64,000 nt of DNA, taken from positions 32,001-96,000 of IMG/VR virus record IMGVR_UViG_3300015177_000008. One strand, given 5' to 3'. The translations under genes were made by a program, and so were the position numbers. Source of the stretch: a virus (Duplodnaviria; Heunggongvirae; Uroviricota; Caudoviricetes). Below, piece by piece: positions 1 to 8,992 of the stretch. The notes beneath the pieces were generated by a model. That model saw only the letters and a list, made by a program, of their open reading frames with translations. It was not told the DNA's origin and searched no databases. The number at the start of each line of letters is the position of its first letter. The first letter of the stretch is position 1.

Positions 1-2
1 CA

Positions 3-194
3 CGTCGTGACTTTTTTAAGATATGTCGTCAGGCTTACCAAAACGGCAAATCTATAAGGGTCTACATGGCAGACGGTCGTGAAATAGAAGGGATATCAAG
101 AGGCGTTGATGCTTGCCAGGTCACTCTTAAGTTAGAAGACGGCAGAAAAACACTTGTATTCTTCGATTGGGTTGAACGAATTTTACCGTTTTGA
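3..194 (+). CDS. Partial CDS, C-terminal fragment (N-terminus outside window); hypothetical protein
   Basis: Frame open from window start to TGA at 192-194; translation ...KSIRVYMADGREIEGISRGVDACQVTLKLEDGRKTLVFFDWVERILPF; not in ORF track because truncated. Confidence 0.3.
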   Translation, partial: RRDFFKICRQAYQNGKSIRVYMADGREIEGISRGVDACQVTLKLEDGRKTLVFFDWVERILPF

Positions 195-197
195 GTT

Positions 198-494
198 ATG
201 AAATCGATACTATTGACATCTTTATTTTTAGTTTACTCAATTTCGGCCAATGCAAAGGATGATATCGCAATTATTCAGTCGCTGATGAATGACGTATGCT
301 CAACGTCTCAGAATGTACCAGTTTGCATGTTTAAACTTTCAGCAGCTGTAAAATTAGGGATAAACATTGGTAAGACCGCTCAACTATGTGAACAAGTGGA
401 AAATTATGAACCATGTGAATCGAACAACTCTTCTGTGCAGTTCGTTGATGCGTTATTTGACACCAATCGTAAGGCTGTAGAGTCAGTCCGATAA
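198..494 (+). CDS. Small secreted protein (signal peptide, several Cys), function unknown
   Basis: 98-aa ORF; hydrophobic N-terminus MKSILLTSLFLVYSISANA consistent with a signal peptide. Confidence 0.45.
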   Translation: MKSILLTSLFLVYSISANAKDDIAIIQSLMNDVCSTSQNVPVCMFKLSAAVKLGINIGKTAQLCEQVENYEPCESNNSSVQFVDALFDTNRKAVESVR

Positions 495-787
495 ATGTAT
501 AAGGGTAATAACCGGCTAAGTCCGGTTATTTTTTTAAATGCCATTTATTAAATACACCTCCAATTCTACTCCGTATAAACATATAAGGTTATAAGCCGGA
601 ATTAATTATTTATTTAGGGAACACCTTCGACGATCTCGCTTTTATTTCTAGGACTTTCGTCCCTGCAAAAAACTAAAAAAAACACTTGCAATCTTTTTTT
701 GCGTATCGATAATTGAACTCGTCGAAAGCGAACTGGCTAACGACAGTAAAAAATAAATTCATTTTAATTTTTGTAAGGAATAAAACC

Positions 788-1438
788 ATGACCAATATTA
801 TCTTATCTAAAAAATCCATCGTTGAAGCTGCGCGTGTTGTAACAAATGAATTAAAAGAAAAAGCAGATCTGGCAACTCAAACATATAACGAATATTATAA
901 AAATGGTACGCACACCAAAGCAGATAAAGCAAATATGCAAGCTGCTACCACTAAACTTGCTTACTTCATCAACAACGTTGTAAACGCTGTTGAAGACGAA
1001 AAATTATGCTCTGTTTTCTACTATGCGATTAAAGCAAGCAAACAAGCGCCAGAAGTATTTTTCCGTGATGCAATGACTAATAGTTATTCACTGGAAAAAC
1101 TGGTTTATCTGGTTAAATCCATTAAAGCTGGTAAATGCGTTTATTCCGTCGCTGATATGTCAGGATCTCGTGTATTCGCTTTAATCGATATGATTAACGA
1201 CGAGATCGACACGTTCACTAATGGCGCTGTTTTCGATTTAATGAATGAAGCTAAAAAAGCGTGCGAAATTAAATTGGACGCTGGCTATACTCAAGCCAAC
1301 CAGTTGATCAATCTTTGCGAACGTCTTGGACTTGTTGAGAAAGTCAAAGGAATGGGAAGCGCAAAAGCTGGTACGCAGCAATATCGCTTTATTAAAAATG
1401 ATTTCTATAACTATCTGGCTGATGCTTTCAAAGCGTAA
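788..1438 (+). CDS. Hypothetical protein (about 217 aa)
   Basis: ORF 713-1438; start moved to ATG 788 (MTNIILSKK) preceded by aaggaataaaacc; hairpin terminator follows. Confidence 0.55.
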   Translation: MTNIILSKKSIVEAARVVTNELKEKADLATQTYNEYYKNGTHTKADKANMQAATTKLAYFINNVVNAVEDEKLCSVFYYAIKASKQAPEVFFRDAMTNSYSLEKLVYLVKSIKAGKCVYSVADMSGSRVFALIDMINDEIDTFTNGAVFDLMNEAKKACEIKLDAGYTQANQLINLCERLGLVEKVKGMGSAKAGTQQYRFIKNDFYNYLADAFKA

Positions 1439-1450
1439 TTAATGGAATCT

Positions 1451-1472
1451 GGCGCCCACTATGGGCGCTTTT
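1451..1472 (+). terminator. Intrinsic terminator-like hairpin (ggcgcccactatgggcgc + TT)
   Basis: Perfect inverted repeat GGCGCCCA/TGGGCGCC with short T stretch right after the 788-1438 stop. Confidence 0.5.
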
Positions 1473-1485
1473 AAGGAGCTTAATC

Positions 1486-1716
1486 ATGTTTATGATTATC
1501 GCTGGCGTTAACGTGCGCAATGAATATTTTGTTAATCGCATCGCTGGGATCGCTGGTTACGCTGGGCGCGCAGTCGAGCTTATAGATGAAACGACGCGCA
1601 AAATTGACTTATTGAGCGACCAGGAGCGAAAAAAAGCAGACGTGAATGACGCTGATATATTTTTAATGTTAAAAGCGTTTGTAGAAATGGGATTTGAAAT
1701 CAGTTTACATAAATAA
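1486..1716 (+). CDS. Small hypothetical protein (76 aa)
   Basis: ORF with SD taaggag 8 nt upstream of ATG; followed by hairpin plus T-run. Confidence 0.5.
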   Translation: MFMIIAGVNVRNEYFVNRIAGIAGYAGRAVELIDETTRKIDLLSDQERKKADVNDADIFLMLKAFVEMGFEISLHK

Positions 1717-1721
1717 AATCG

Positions 1722-1746
1722 AGCGCCCACTATGGGCGCTTTTTTC
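1722..1746 (+). terminator. Rho-independent terminator (same hairpin as 1451-1468, then TTTTTT)
   Basis: agcgcccactatgggcgct followed by tttttcg immediately after stop of 1486-1716. Confidence 0.65.
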
Positions 1747-1769
1747 GTTTCCAATACTTCCACCATAAC

Positions 1770-1793
1770 GCGCCAATGATGGCGCTTTTTTTT
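1770..1793 (+). terminator. Second rho-independent terminator (gcgccaatgatggcgc + T8)
   Basis: GC-rich hairpin followed by 8 T. Confidence 0.6.
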
Positions 1794-2207
1794 ATTGTCT
1801 TTGACTCACTCCAACAACATAAAAATAAGCGCAAAAATAACGCCATAGACGAGCTTTTATATCCTTACCAGCATATACCCATTACTTAGCGCATTAACGC
1901 GCTTAAAACGCGTTATATTGCGTTATGGTGTATGGTTAATCATTGGCTTTTAGTCTTGCTTTATGATCCGCGTTTATTTGTCGGCGCGGATCGGCATTTT
2001 GTTTTGTTCCGTATCCGCTCGCGTATTATGTGCGCGTGATTTTTCACATAATCACACCACTTAATCACGTATGTGATTACGCTACGAAAGAAATCTGGAT
2101 GTCTCAGGCGACGAAAGTCATCATGATTTCCCCGCTCACCTGTCCGACAACCGCTGGTTGGATTCCACCAGCTTCCCGATGTTTTTTCTACATAAAGGCG
2201 AATGCAG

Positions 2208-2281
2208 CCGTTTCCCGAAAAAATCCTGGCCGTTTCCCGTCGGCTCATGAATACGTTCCTCGCCGTTTCTGAAAATTTCCC
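2208..2281. repeat. Three direct copies of CCGTTTCCCG-type motif (same family as the array at 6694-6831)
   Basis: ccgtttcccgaaa (2208), ccgtttcccgtc (2230), ccgtttctgaaaatttccc (2262) in a convergent intergenic region. Confidence 0.4.
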
Positions 2282-2332
2282 TGCGGCAGCTGGTGGCTAT
2301 AGAGAAAGGGCCGTTTCTGGCCCTCTTCTCAG

Positions 2333-2815
2333 TTACACGCCATCAAGGATGTGGATGCGGTTGCTTGCGTATACATTCAACATAAAGTTAGCGCAAAACA
2401 GTTTCCATGTATCAACGCCAGCGGCATACGTAATGTTTTTGCATTTTATTGCATTGTTGGCGATCCGCATCCCCTGCGATACTGCTTTATCGTCGGAAAA
2501 TTTGAACGACGATTGAGTTTTAATCCAGACAGAAATCTGCGTAGCGAACTCAATCAGCTTGGACTGGCAGAATCGCCCGGAGCGCACCGGAAAGACGAAC
2601 GTTCCGAATCCAGAATTTACCACATACGCTTTCTCAAATACCCGCGAGTAACGACGATTGCCAATGATGTCGCGTGCAATAATGCATTTTTCTTGTGCTG
2701 ACAGTTCTACCGTCTCATTGTCGCGCCATGCACCAAGTACTCGTTTTTCAATGTCAGAGAACGTTACAGCGATATTGCCATGTGCGGGTGCGTTTACAGT
2801 AGCGATAAAATTCAT
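2333..2815 (-). CDS. Hypothetical protein (160 aa)
   Basis: ORF; AAACAA..TTGTTT motif 22-40 nt upstream of ATG. Confidence 0.55.
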   Translation of the reverse strand: MNFIATVNAPAHGNIAVTFSDIEKRVLGAWRDNETVELSAQEKCIIARDIIGNRRYSRVFEKAYVVNSGFGTFVFPVRSGRFCQSKLIEFATQISVWIKTQSSFKFSDDKAVSQGMRIANNAIKCKNITYAAGVDTWKLFCANFMLNVYASNRIHILDGV

Positions 2816-3018
2816 GATTAATTCCTTATCGTAAATAACAAATTGTTTTCTTGTTGGTGTTAATTATCGTTGTACGAATAAGGCGTCAAAGTGGAAAGTT
2901 GCGGTAGCCGGACGGGAACAGGTGGGTTTGTCGGTTGCCTGGAGGTAAGAGGTTGGTGTTTTTAGCCTGCGGGGAACAGGATGGTCATTTAAGGCCACCA
3001 CTGCTGGTGGCCTTGTTT

Positions 3019-3951
3019 TCAACTGGAATAAGAATAATCTGTATTGATGAGTAAAGGCGCATCATCCACTAATCCTGACAGAAACCAGCGAGCAGTCCCG
3101 TAAAGTTCAAGGGCGTCAAGATAGCCTTCATGCAGTGCACCAACCCCAAACACATCATTATCAGCCATAGCTACCGCATCTACGGCCAGATACTCTATGA
3201 GTTCTTCCATGCTTTTTATATTTATATCGTCTAAATTCTCCAGTTTGTTCTCAATCTCATTGAAAGGGATATCCGGCATCGAATGCACTATGATTTTTGG
3301 CACATCATTCTCATTATTTACCTCCACAATAACAATTCCATACTCTGTAAAAAGAGAACTAAAGAATCTATTAAACTCTAAATTAACAAAAGATGCCGAA
3401 CCATTTAAACGCTCAACATATGGGGAACGAAAAGCTGAATGTAAATTATTTTTTCTACTTTCCTTGCCATATTCTATAATCAACTCTTTATTTTTGATCT
3501 TCTCGAGTATTCCACCTAGCTCCTCTACAATTAAAGCGCCAGTGTTTTCTCTTTCTTTTGATACTATAGTTGAAAGACTGATCAAGGCTTCTGTTATACT
3601 GTTATTAGAAACGATCAGATGAAATAGCTCCAGCATAGCCAATCGACCACTATCAGTGAACGTAACAAAGTTTATTGCATCTATTTCATTTTTAATCGCA
3701 AGAAACTCACATTTATTTTTGATGTTTTCCCGAATTGACATCTCCACACGCTGTCTTATTCTCAACACCTGCTTAAAGTAAGTATTTTCAAAACATTCGA
3801 CAGAAAATGTCTTCTTACCATCATTCACAATAGCCAATCTGTATTCATATTCAAGACCATTAAGTTCAAGGCAATCACTGTCATATTGGGACCCATCTTT
3901 AACTGAAAACAATTCACTAATGTCAATTTGTCCCAAAAATACTGGTTTCAT
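3019..3951 (-). CDS. Hypothetical protein (310 aa), AT-rich
   Basis: ORF with SD gagga upstream of ATG; no recognisable motifs. Confidence 0.55.
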   Translation of the reverse strand: MKPVFLGQIDISELFSVKDGSQYDSDCLELNGLEYEYRLAIVNDGKKTFSVECFENTYFKQVLRIRQRVEMSIRENIKNKCEFLAIKNEIDAINFVTFTDSGRLAMLELFHLIVSNNSITEALISLSTIVSKERENTGALIVEELGGILEKIKNKELIIEYGKESRKNNLHSAFRSPYVERLNGSASFVNLEFNRFFSSLFTEYGIVIVEVNNENDVPKIIVHSMPDIPFNEIENKLENLDDINIKSMEELIEYLAVDAVAMADNDVFGVGALHEGYLDALELYGTARWFLSGLVDDAPLLINTDYSYSS

Positions 3952-4088
3952 TTTTAATTCCTCGTTTGTTTTCGATGTGATAATTATCGCTGAATGAAAT
4001 AGGCTAAAAAGAAGATTTGTAAGGCAACTATCTGGAAGTAAGGCAAAGGGTGGTCATTTAAGGCCACCAGCATTGGTGACCTTATTCT

Positions 4089-4370
4089 TCAGTGGAGCAG
4101 ACCGATGTCGATGGTATCCCCTGAATCATCCACACGGATCATCAGCATGGCAAAGGCGTTTAGTGGATAGCTTGCGTGCCATTCAGGGAAGCGGTCATCT
4201 CGCATGAAGTCGGCAATGTCATAAACGCATCCCTCAAAGTGGAAGAATCGCGTGCTTACCTGCTCGTCATAATCCACATGATCCATTTCTTGCTGTTCTT
4301 TTTCCGGCAAATCCAGCCATGATTCAAGGAATACATTTTGTGCTTTAGTGGTAATGGTGAAGTCAGTCAT
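4089..4370 (-). CDS. Hypothetical protein (93 aa)
   Basis: ORF with SD ggaggtg; follows a 46-codon ORF in operon-like arrangement. Confidence 0.5.
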   Translation of the reverse strand: MTDFTITTKAQNVFLESWLDLPEKEQQEMDHVDYDEQVSTRFFHFEGCVYDIADFMRDDRFPEWHASYPLNAFAMLMIRVDDSGDTIDIGLLH

Positions 4371-4374
4371 TCTT

Positions 4375-4515
4375 CACCTCCATTTTGATAGAAAATCATC
4401 CATCTCAAGATAGCCATTAAGCTCCTGCTCTGACATGATGATGTTTTCCATGCTTCTGATAGCCTCAAGTAACGACTCCCGATCTGACGAAGCGACAGTA
4501 ACAATGTATTCCATA
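4375..4515 (-). CDS. Small ORF (46 aa), hypothetical
   Basis: ATG at 4515 (MEYIVTVASSDRES...) downstream of motif copies at 4533-4596; below ORF-track length cutoff. Confidence 0.3.
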
Positions 4516-4641
4516 TTATTTCACCACCTAATAAACACGTTGTTTTCTTGTTGTTGTAATTATCGCGGTGTAGATAAGGCAGAAAACAAATTGTTATCGG
4601 GTATAAGAAAATGGCGCGGTTTACGCGCCATTCAAAGAGGA

Positions 4642-5037
4642 TTAAGCGAATACGCTTTCAGGGATTAAGGTGTCAGCAGGAATGCCGGATGTAATGCGCA
4701 GACCATACTGACCAATCCAGGTGGTGCTGGTGTTCAGGCTGGAGGTGAATACGGAATTAACCATATTCATCATGGTTTCAAACACCTCTTCATCAACCTG
4801 GCGGAAGTAGTTCTCGATTTTCAGCAGCAGCGGGTCAGTTGCATCGAGAATGGACTGGTATTGAGTCGCGTACTCGCCGCCGGAGGCATCACCTTTACGC
4901 ACGATCGTACTGGCCTGTACTTCGGCACCAGTTTCGGTGTTGTACGTAACAACGGTGATTTTTGCCACATTCTTACCTTCGGCGGTTTCAGAGGCATAGT
5001 AAACATCAACTGTCAGTTTTTCGCGTTTAACGGTCAT
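4642..5037 (-). CDS. Hypothetical protein (131 aa)
   Basis: ORF; upstream palindrome gtaagtatgtacttac (5081-5096) and TATAAAATA box. Confidence 0.55.
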   Translation of the reverse strand: MTVKREKLTVDVYYASETAEGKNVAKITVVTYNTETGAEVQASTIVRKGDASGGEYATQYQSILDATDPLLLKIENYFRQVDEEVFETMMNMVNSVFTSSLNTSTTWIGQYGLRITSGIPADTLIPESVFA

Positions 5038-5101
5038 TTCACTCTCCGTAGTGTCTTGATTATTTTTCTATTTTATAGCCGTAAGTATGTACTTACAATA
5101 C

Positions 5102-5129
5102 AAAAAAGCCCCGTAAGGATGGCGGGGCT
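5102..5129 (-). terminator. Rho-independent terminator (minus strand)
   Basis: On the minus strand agccccgccatccttacggggct followed by TTTTTT; lies just downstream of the 5164-5475 gene. Confidence 0.55.
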
Positions 5130-5163
5130 GTCGTACTGTCGACTAATTACCACTTGCACATTA

Positions 5164-5475
5164 TCAGGCTATTGCCATCACTGATGCTCTCTGAATTTCT
5201 TGCTGGGCCACGCGGTTAACTTCCATCAAAGCCAGTTCGAGCTGATGTTCCGGCCACATTCTTTGAAATGCCACCCAGCCTTTTCCACGCTGGCGACGAA
5301 CATTCATTACATAACGAGTAAAGGTGTTTTTATCGAAAGACACCGCTGTTTCACGGAACAGACGAATAGAGGTCCCATTGGCAACGATGTCCAGCAAAGT
5401 TAATTGAGCAACCAGTGCAGGCTTCTCTTTTCTCTTCTGGTCTTTGTCCAGACCAAGAACCAATGATTTTTTCAT
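5164..5475 (-). CDS. Hypothetical protein (103 aa)
   Basis: ORF 5164-5505 trimmed to ATG 5475 (MKKSLV); motif AAACAACTTGTTT 12 nt upstream. Confidence 0.5.
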   Translation of the reverse strand: MKKSLVLGLDKDQKRKEKPALVAQLTLLDIVANGTSIRLFRETAVSFDKNTFTRYVMNVRRQRGKGWVAFQRMWPEHQLELALMEVNRVAQQEIQRASVMAIA

Positions 5476-5628
5476 CACAACTCCGTAAACAACTTGTTTT
5501 CTCAATGGCGTAAATAATACCAGTAAGAAAACGGCTACAAAGCATATTGATCAGGCGCATGAGCGATATGCAGGTTCTTCCCTGCGGCTATAGAGAAATT
5601 AAGCCAGCAATGCTGGCTTTGGTTGGGG

Positions 5629-5958
5629 TTACTCGAATACTTCAAGAAACTCCTGAACGTCCCAATGCTGGACGAGGTGAAGATAGACCTTAGAAATCAC
5701 GTCATTTTCGCTATCGCATGTGAAGTAGTACTTCTGGCTGCGGTTGTATGTGTCCACACAAAATTCGCTCATATCCATAAAGTCAGCATCTTCACCCATG
5801 TCGCAAATCATCAAAGCAGGTGCGTCATCACGAGTCATCAGCTCCAGCACCCATCTTGAATTGATCAGAGTGGAAGACCAACCTTCTAACTCATAAAACT
5901 GATCAAACTCTTTTTGAGTTAATTTCTTGATTTGGTTGATGTCGATATTTGTAAACAT
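5629..5958 (-). CDS. Hypothetical acidic protein (109 aa)
   Basis: ORF 5629-6024 trimmed to ATG 5958 (MFTNID); motif AAACATGTTGTTT 13 nt upstream. Confidence 0.5.
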   Translation of the reverse strand: MFTNIDINQIKKLTQKEFDQFYELEGWSSTLINSRWVLELMTRDDAPALMICDMGEDADFMDMSEFCVDTYNRSQKYYFTCDSENDVISKVYLHLVQHWDVQEFLEVFE

Positions 5959-6096
5959 AAAGCAATCCTTAAACATGTTGTTTTCTGAATTGCGTAAACA
6001 ATACCAGTAAGAAAACGGCCACAAAGTATATCGTTACGGTGTTGCGCTGCCCGGAGGTTAATAGCGACAAAAGCCACCGTGCTGGTGGCCTCACTC

Positions 6097-6315
6097 TTAA
6101 TCTTCGTCGCCCGGGAACTCGCTGTGTACCGCGTCCACCAGCTCCCGCTTTTCATCTTCACTCAGCAGGTGCCAGATATCCTTCCCCTTGGGCGGTTCCC
6201 CTTCTGCCGGGACGAACGACCACAACTTGCGGTACAACTCCGGCCCCACTGCATCCAGACACTCAGCCAGGGAATCCACGCCCCACACCTCAACCGTCAC
6301 AGGCATCTTAATCAT
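6097..6315 (-). CDS. Hypothetical acidic protein (72 aa)
   Basis: ORF starting atgattaag with SD gaggatg; motif copy at 6348-6365. Confidence 0.45.
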   Translation of the reverse strand: MIKMPVTVEVWGVDSLAECLDAVGPELYRKLWSFVPAEGEPPKGKDIWHLLSEDEKRELVDAVHSEFPGDED

Positions 6316-6693
6316 CTCTTCATCCTCACTTCGTTTATATAACGTCTAAACATGTTGTTTACTTGTTGGTGTTATTATCGCAATAAGACAAAGGCGGAAA
6401 AGGATTTTATGTCGGGAAAGCCAGGCGGGTAGTGAGTATCCGGGAACGACACGGGAACCAGTATTTACGATATTCTGCTCTACGCGCGCCGCAGGGCTGG
6501 TGGGCAGAATTTTCTTCTCCCCGAAAACCTACTGAAATCGATTGTGACCCGCTGACTGTCTGGCACAATTACGCTGTAGCTGGGCATTCAGAGGGAATCC
6601 AGCGGTAAGCAAGTCCGCCTACGTGAGCGCCTCTCTTCTTCCCGCACATTACAGGTGGGTAGCCGCAACTCTCCCTCTCGCTATACCGGTACG

Positions 6694-6831
6694 CCGCCGT
6701 TCCTGAACCGGCATCGAGCCTTTTCCCGAAATCCACACAGGCAACTCAACCGTTTCCCTGAAAATCCCCAGCCGTTCCCCGAAGGCAACCCAGCCGTTTT
6801 TGTAGCGGGATGCAGCCTTTTCCCTGTATGG
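6694..6831. repeat. Iteron-like array: six direct repeats of GCCGTT(T/C)CC(C/T)GAA with about 22-bp periodicity
   Basis: Copies start at about 6694, 6718, 6749, 6771, 6793, 6815; inverted CGGGAA copies at 6413-6460. Confidence 0.5.
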
Positions 6832-6959
6832 ACCGAAGGCTGACCGTAGGGGTGTTACGGGGGATAAAATCAGGAGTTGAATAAATACGAAAAAGGAGGC
6901 GACACCCCTCCTTCCCTCCCCACTTATACATACCTGGCTTCTTCGCTATACATGTTGTG

Positions 6960-7500
6960 TTTTATCTGTCTCAACCTCTCTATAGGCGTTAATGCTCACT
7001 CCTTCCAGAATGTTCTATACGGCGACTATTTCTGTTGGTGAATTGGGTGTGTTGTTTTCTCTGTCGGTGTATGTGGTTTCGTTCGTTTTGCGGTGGTTCT
7101 TCTATGGGGTGTTCTCGTCGTTTTGGTGATTGTTCTTCTCCGTGTATGGAGTAATGGCAGGTGGGCGATTCCTTTCGTTGTTGTGTTTGAGTTGTTTGTC
7201 TGGAGTGTGTGAAAGGCTTTTGTAGTTATTCGTGTATTGGGTAATGGCGTTTCCCGTGATTGTTCTGTTTCGTGTCTTTTGGGATTGAGAGAAACCTTGC
7301 GGTTACAGGCTTCGTTGGGGTTTCAGTGATTCTGGTGTTTCTTCGCTGTTTGGGGAATGGCGTGTCGTGGGTATCGCGCGTATGAATGTTTTCGGATTGC
7401 CTGTGAAAGTTAGGTTGGTTGTCCGGTAGCCTGGGAAGAAGAGGTGGGTCTTTTCGGTAGCCTGCCATAAAGAGGTTGGTTGTTTTTGGTAATGGCATAT
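6960..7500. repeat. Strand-skewed (GT-rich on plus) noncoding region with degenerate tandem repeats
   Basis: Recurring core G(T/C)TGT(A/T)T(G/T)GG(A/G)(G/T)AATGGC at about 7141, 7231, 7344, 7485; only low-complexity ORFs. Confidence 0.45.
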
Positions 7501-7897
7501 GTGTTATTTAGTTGTTTTGTTATACCTGAAAATAAGTTGTTTATATGGTTGTGTAACGCAACGGGAGCGATTTTGAGCGTGTGTTTTTGTTGGTAGTGTG
7601 TTTGGTCGTCTGCGGTGAAAATTGGACGCTGTGGCGCTGTCTGCTGCGTAGAATTACGGGTATAAGCAGTGATGTGTGAAAACGTCAATTTTTTAGACCA
7701 AATCGGGTGAAAGCGTTGATGTTTCGTTGATCTGTTATTCAGTTGTTTTCTTGATTGTATAAACAACCATAACTTATTGATATTTAAGGATATGATTGCG
7801 GGTATGGAAGGGGAGTAGTGGCGATCAACGGATTCTTATAGAAAAGAATCAAATTGTGACCGCCATTATCAACTGATTGATTTGTTTACTTGTGTAG

Positions 7898-8296
7898 TCA
7901 GTTCTCGAAATGAATAGGGTCAACGTAATGCCGCTCACCGCTTTTACCATTACACAGCACTGTAACTTTCGCCTTTTCACTCCAGGCTGAGTATAGAAAG
8001 TTCCCATCAGGTTGAACATGGTAACGAGAGAAGTAAACATCGCCGACTGAGGCGTCGAACATGTTCCTATCTTTTTCACTTTGGGCAAGCGAGATGGATA
8101 TCACCGAATTCCCATTTGGGGAAACGATTTTAAATTTATTCCCTATATCCATAACAATATTGTAACCAGGTAATTGCTTGTGTGTTTCCGGATCTATTTT
8201 CATGCATCGTGGGTACACGATAGTGTTAGGCTCTTCAACTGGCGTGGCATTAGCAGAAAGCACAAAAAATATTAGTGCCAATGGTGCATATTTCAT
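7898..8296 (-). CDS. Secreted protein (signal peptide), function unknown
   Basis: 132-aa ORF; N-terminus MKYAPLALIFFVLSANA; SD gaggg. Confidence 0.5.
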   Translation of the reverse strand: MKYAPLALIFFVLSANATPVEEPNTIVYPRCMKIDPETHKQLPGYNIVMDIGNKFKIVSPNGNSVISISLAQSEKDRNMFDASVGDVYFSRYHVQPDGNFLYSAWSEKAKVTVLCNGKSGERHYVDPIHFEN

Positions 8297-8408
8297 TTAT
8301 CCCTCACAATTTCCAATTTTCCAGACCATCTTCTATTTCAGCGTCAGGGTGGAATTGTACCGCATCAAATCCTACATCGAGCACCTTTCGAATGTTCTTG
8401 ATGGTTTG

Positions 8409-8597
8409 CTATGTGACACCGTAATCACGCAGCTTTTCTTCCCTCCCCTGACTCCCCCATACTCCGTTTCTGTACCCAATTGAGTCCGAGATCGTATGGT
8501 GCTCGAAACAGATATTTGGTAGACACTCAGAGTCATGCTGTGTAACGAGGGTAGGGCTACTAACTGTCGTCTTATACAATTTGGTGAGTTTCAGCAT
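8409..8597 (-). CDS. Small hypothetical protein (62 aa), translationally coupled to upstream gene
   Basis: ATG overlaps stop of 8591-8839 gene (ATGCTGA arrangement). Confidence 0.4.
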   Translation of the reverse strand: MLKLTKLYKTTVSSPTLVTQHDSECLPNICFEHHTISDSIGYRNGVWGSQGREEKLRDYGVT

Positions 8598-8839
8598 TTT
8601 ACCACCCCGTTCGGAAACAACTCATTCGCCGTAGTTGATATAACCTCCCAATTAACGCCGACATCAGCGTTATGGCATTGTCTGATTTTTTGCATCACCT
8701 GTACGCATTGTTCATCAGTGAGATCTGTCCTTACTTCAGCAATATCTTCTTTGTGCCACATAACCATGAGTAAGGGTTCGTCTTCTGGATAGTTTTTCAG
8801 TTTCTCGATGATTTCTTTTGCTGTTCCAAACATCTTCAT
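8591..8839 (-). CDS. Hypothetical protein (82 aa)
   Basis: ORF with aggagATGaagATG start context; motif copies at 8847-8864 and 8893-8910. Confidence 0.5.
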   Translation of the reverse strand: MKMFGTAKEIIEKLKNYPEDEPLLMVMWHKEDIAEVRTDLTDEQCVQVMQKIRQCHNADVGVNWEVISTTANELFPNGVVKC

Positions 8840-8846
8840 CTCCTAA

Positions 8847-8910
8847 ATAATTTGTTTTCTTATGTGGCTTATTATCTCAATCAACAAAAGGTAGAAAACA
8901 AATTGTTTTA
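8847..8910. promoter_or_regulatory. Inverted pair of AAACAA..TTGTTT motifs at the left backbone/chromosome junction
   Basis: aataatttgttttcttat (8847-8864) and agaaaacaaattgtttta (8893-8910) in opposite orientation, upstream of gene 8591-8839. Confidence 0.45.
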
Positions 8911-8992
8911 GGGCTTGTGTAAATTAGGAGGGATTGTGTCTATATGAAAATGCCCAGCGTGTTGCCGGGCATTGTGAAGAATGGTTGTTTAG

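Noticed and set aside
5065-5075. TATAAAATA box upstream of gene 4642-5037 as a T4-type late promoter
   Set aside because: Single occurrence in AT-rich context; no evidence of a T4-like late transcription system (gp55/gp33) in the window.
7226-7766. Minus-strand ORFs 7226-7498 and 7410-7766 in the GT-skewed region
   Set aside because: Translations are low-complexity (P/T/Q/H/N/K) products of a CA-rich strand, with no RBS or start context; treated as noncoding repeat DNA.
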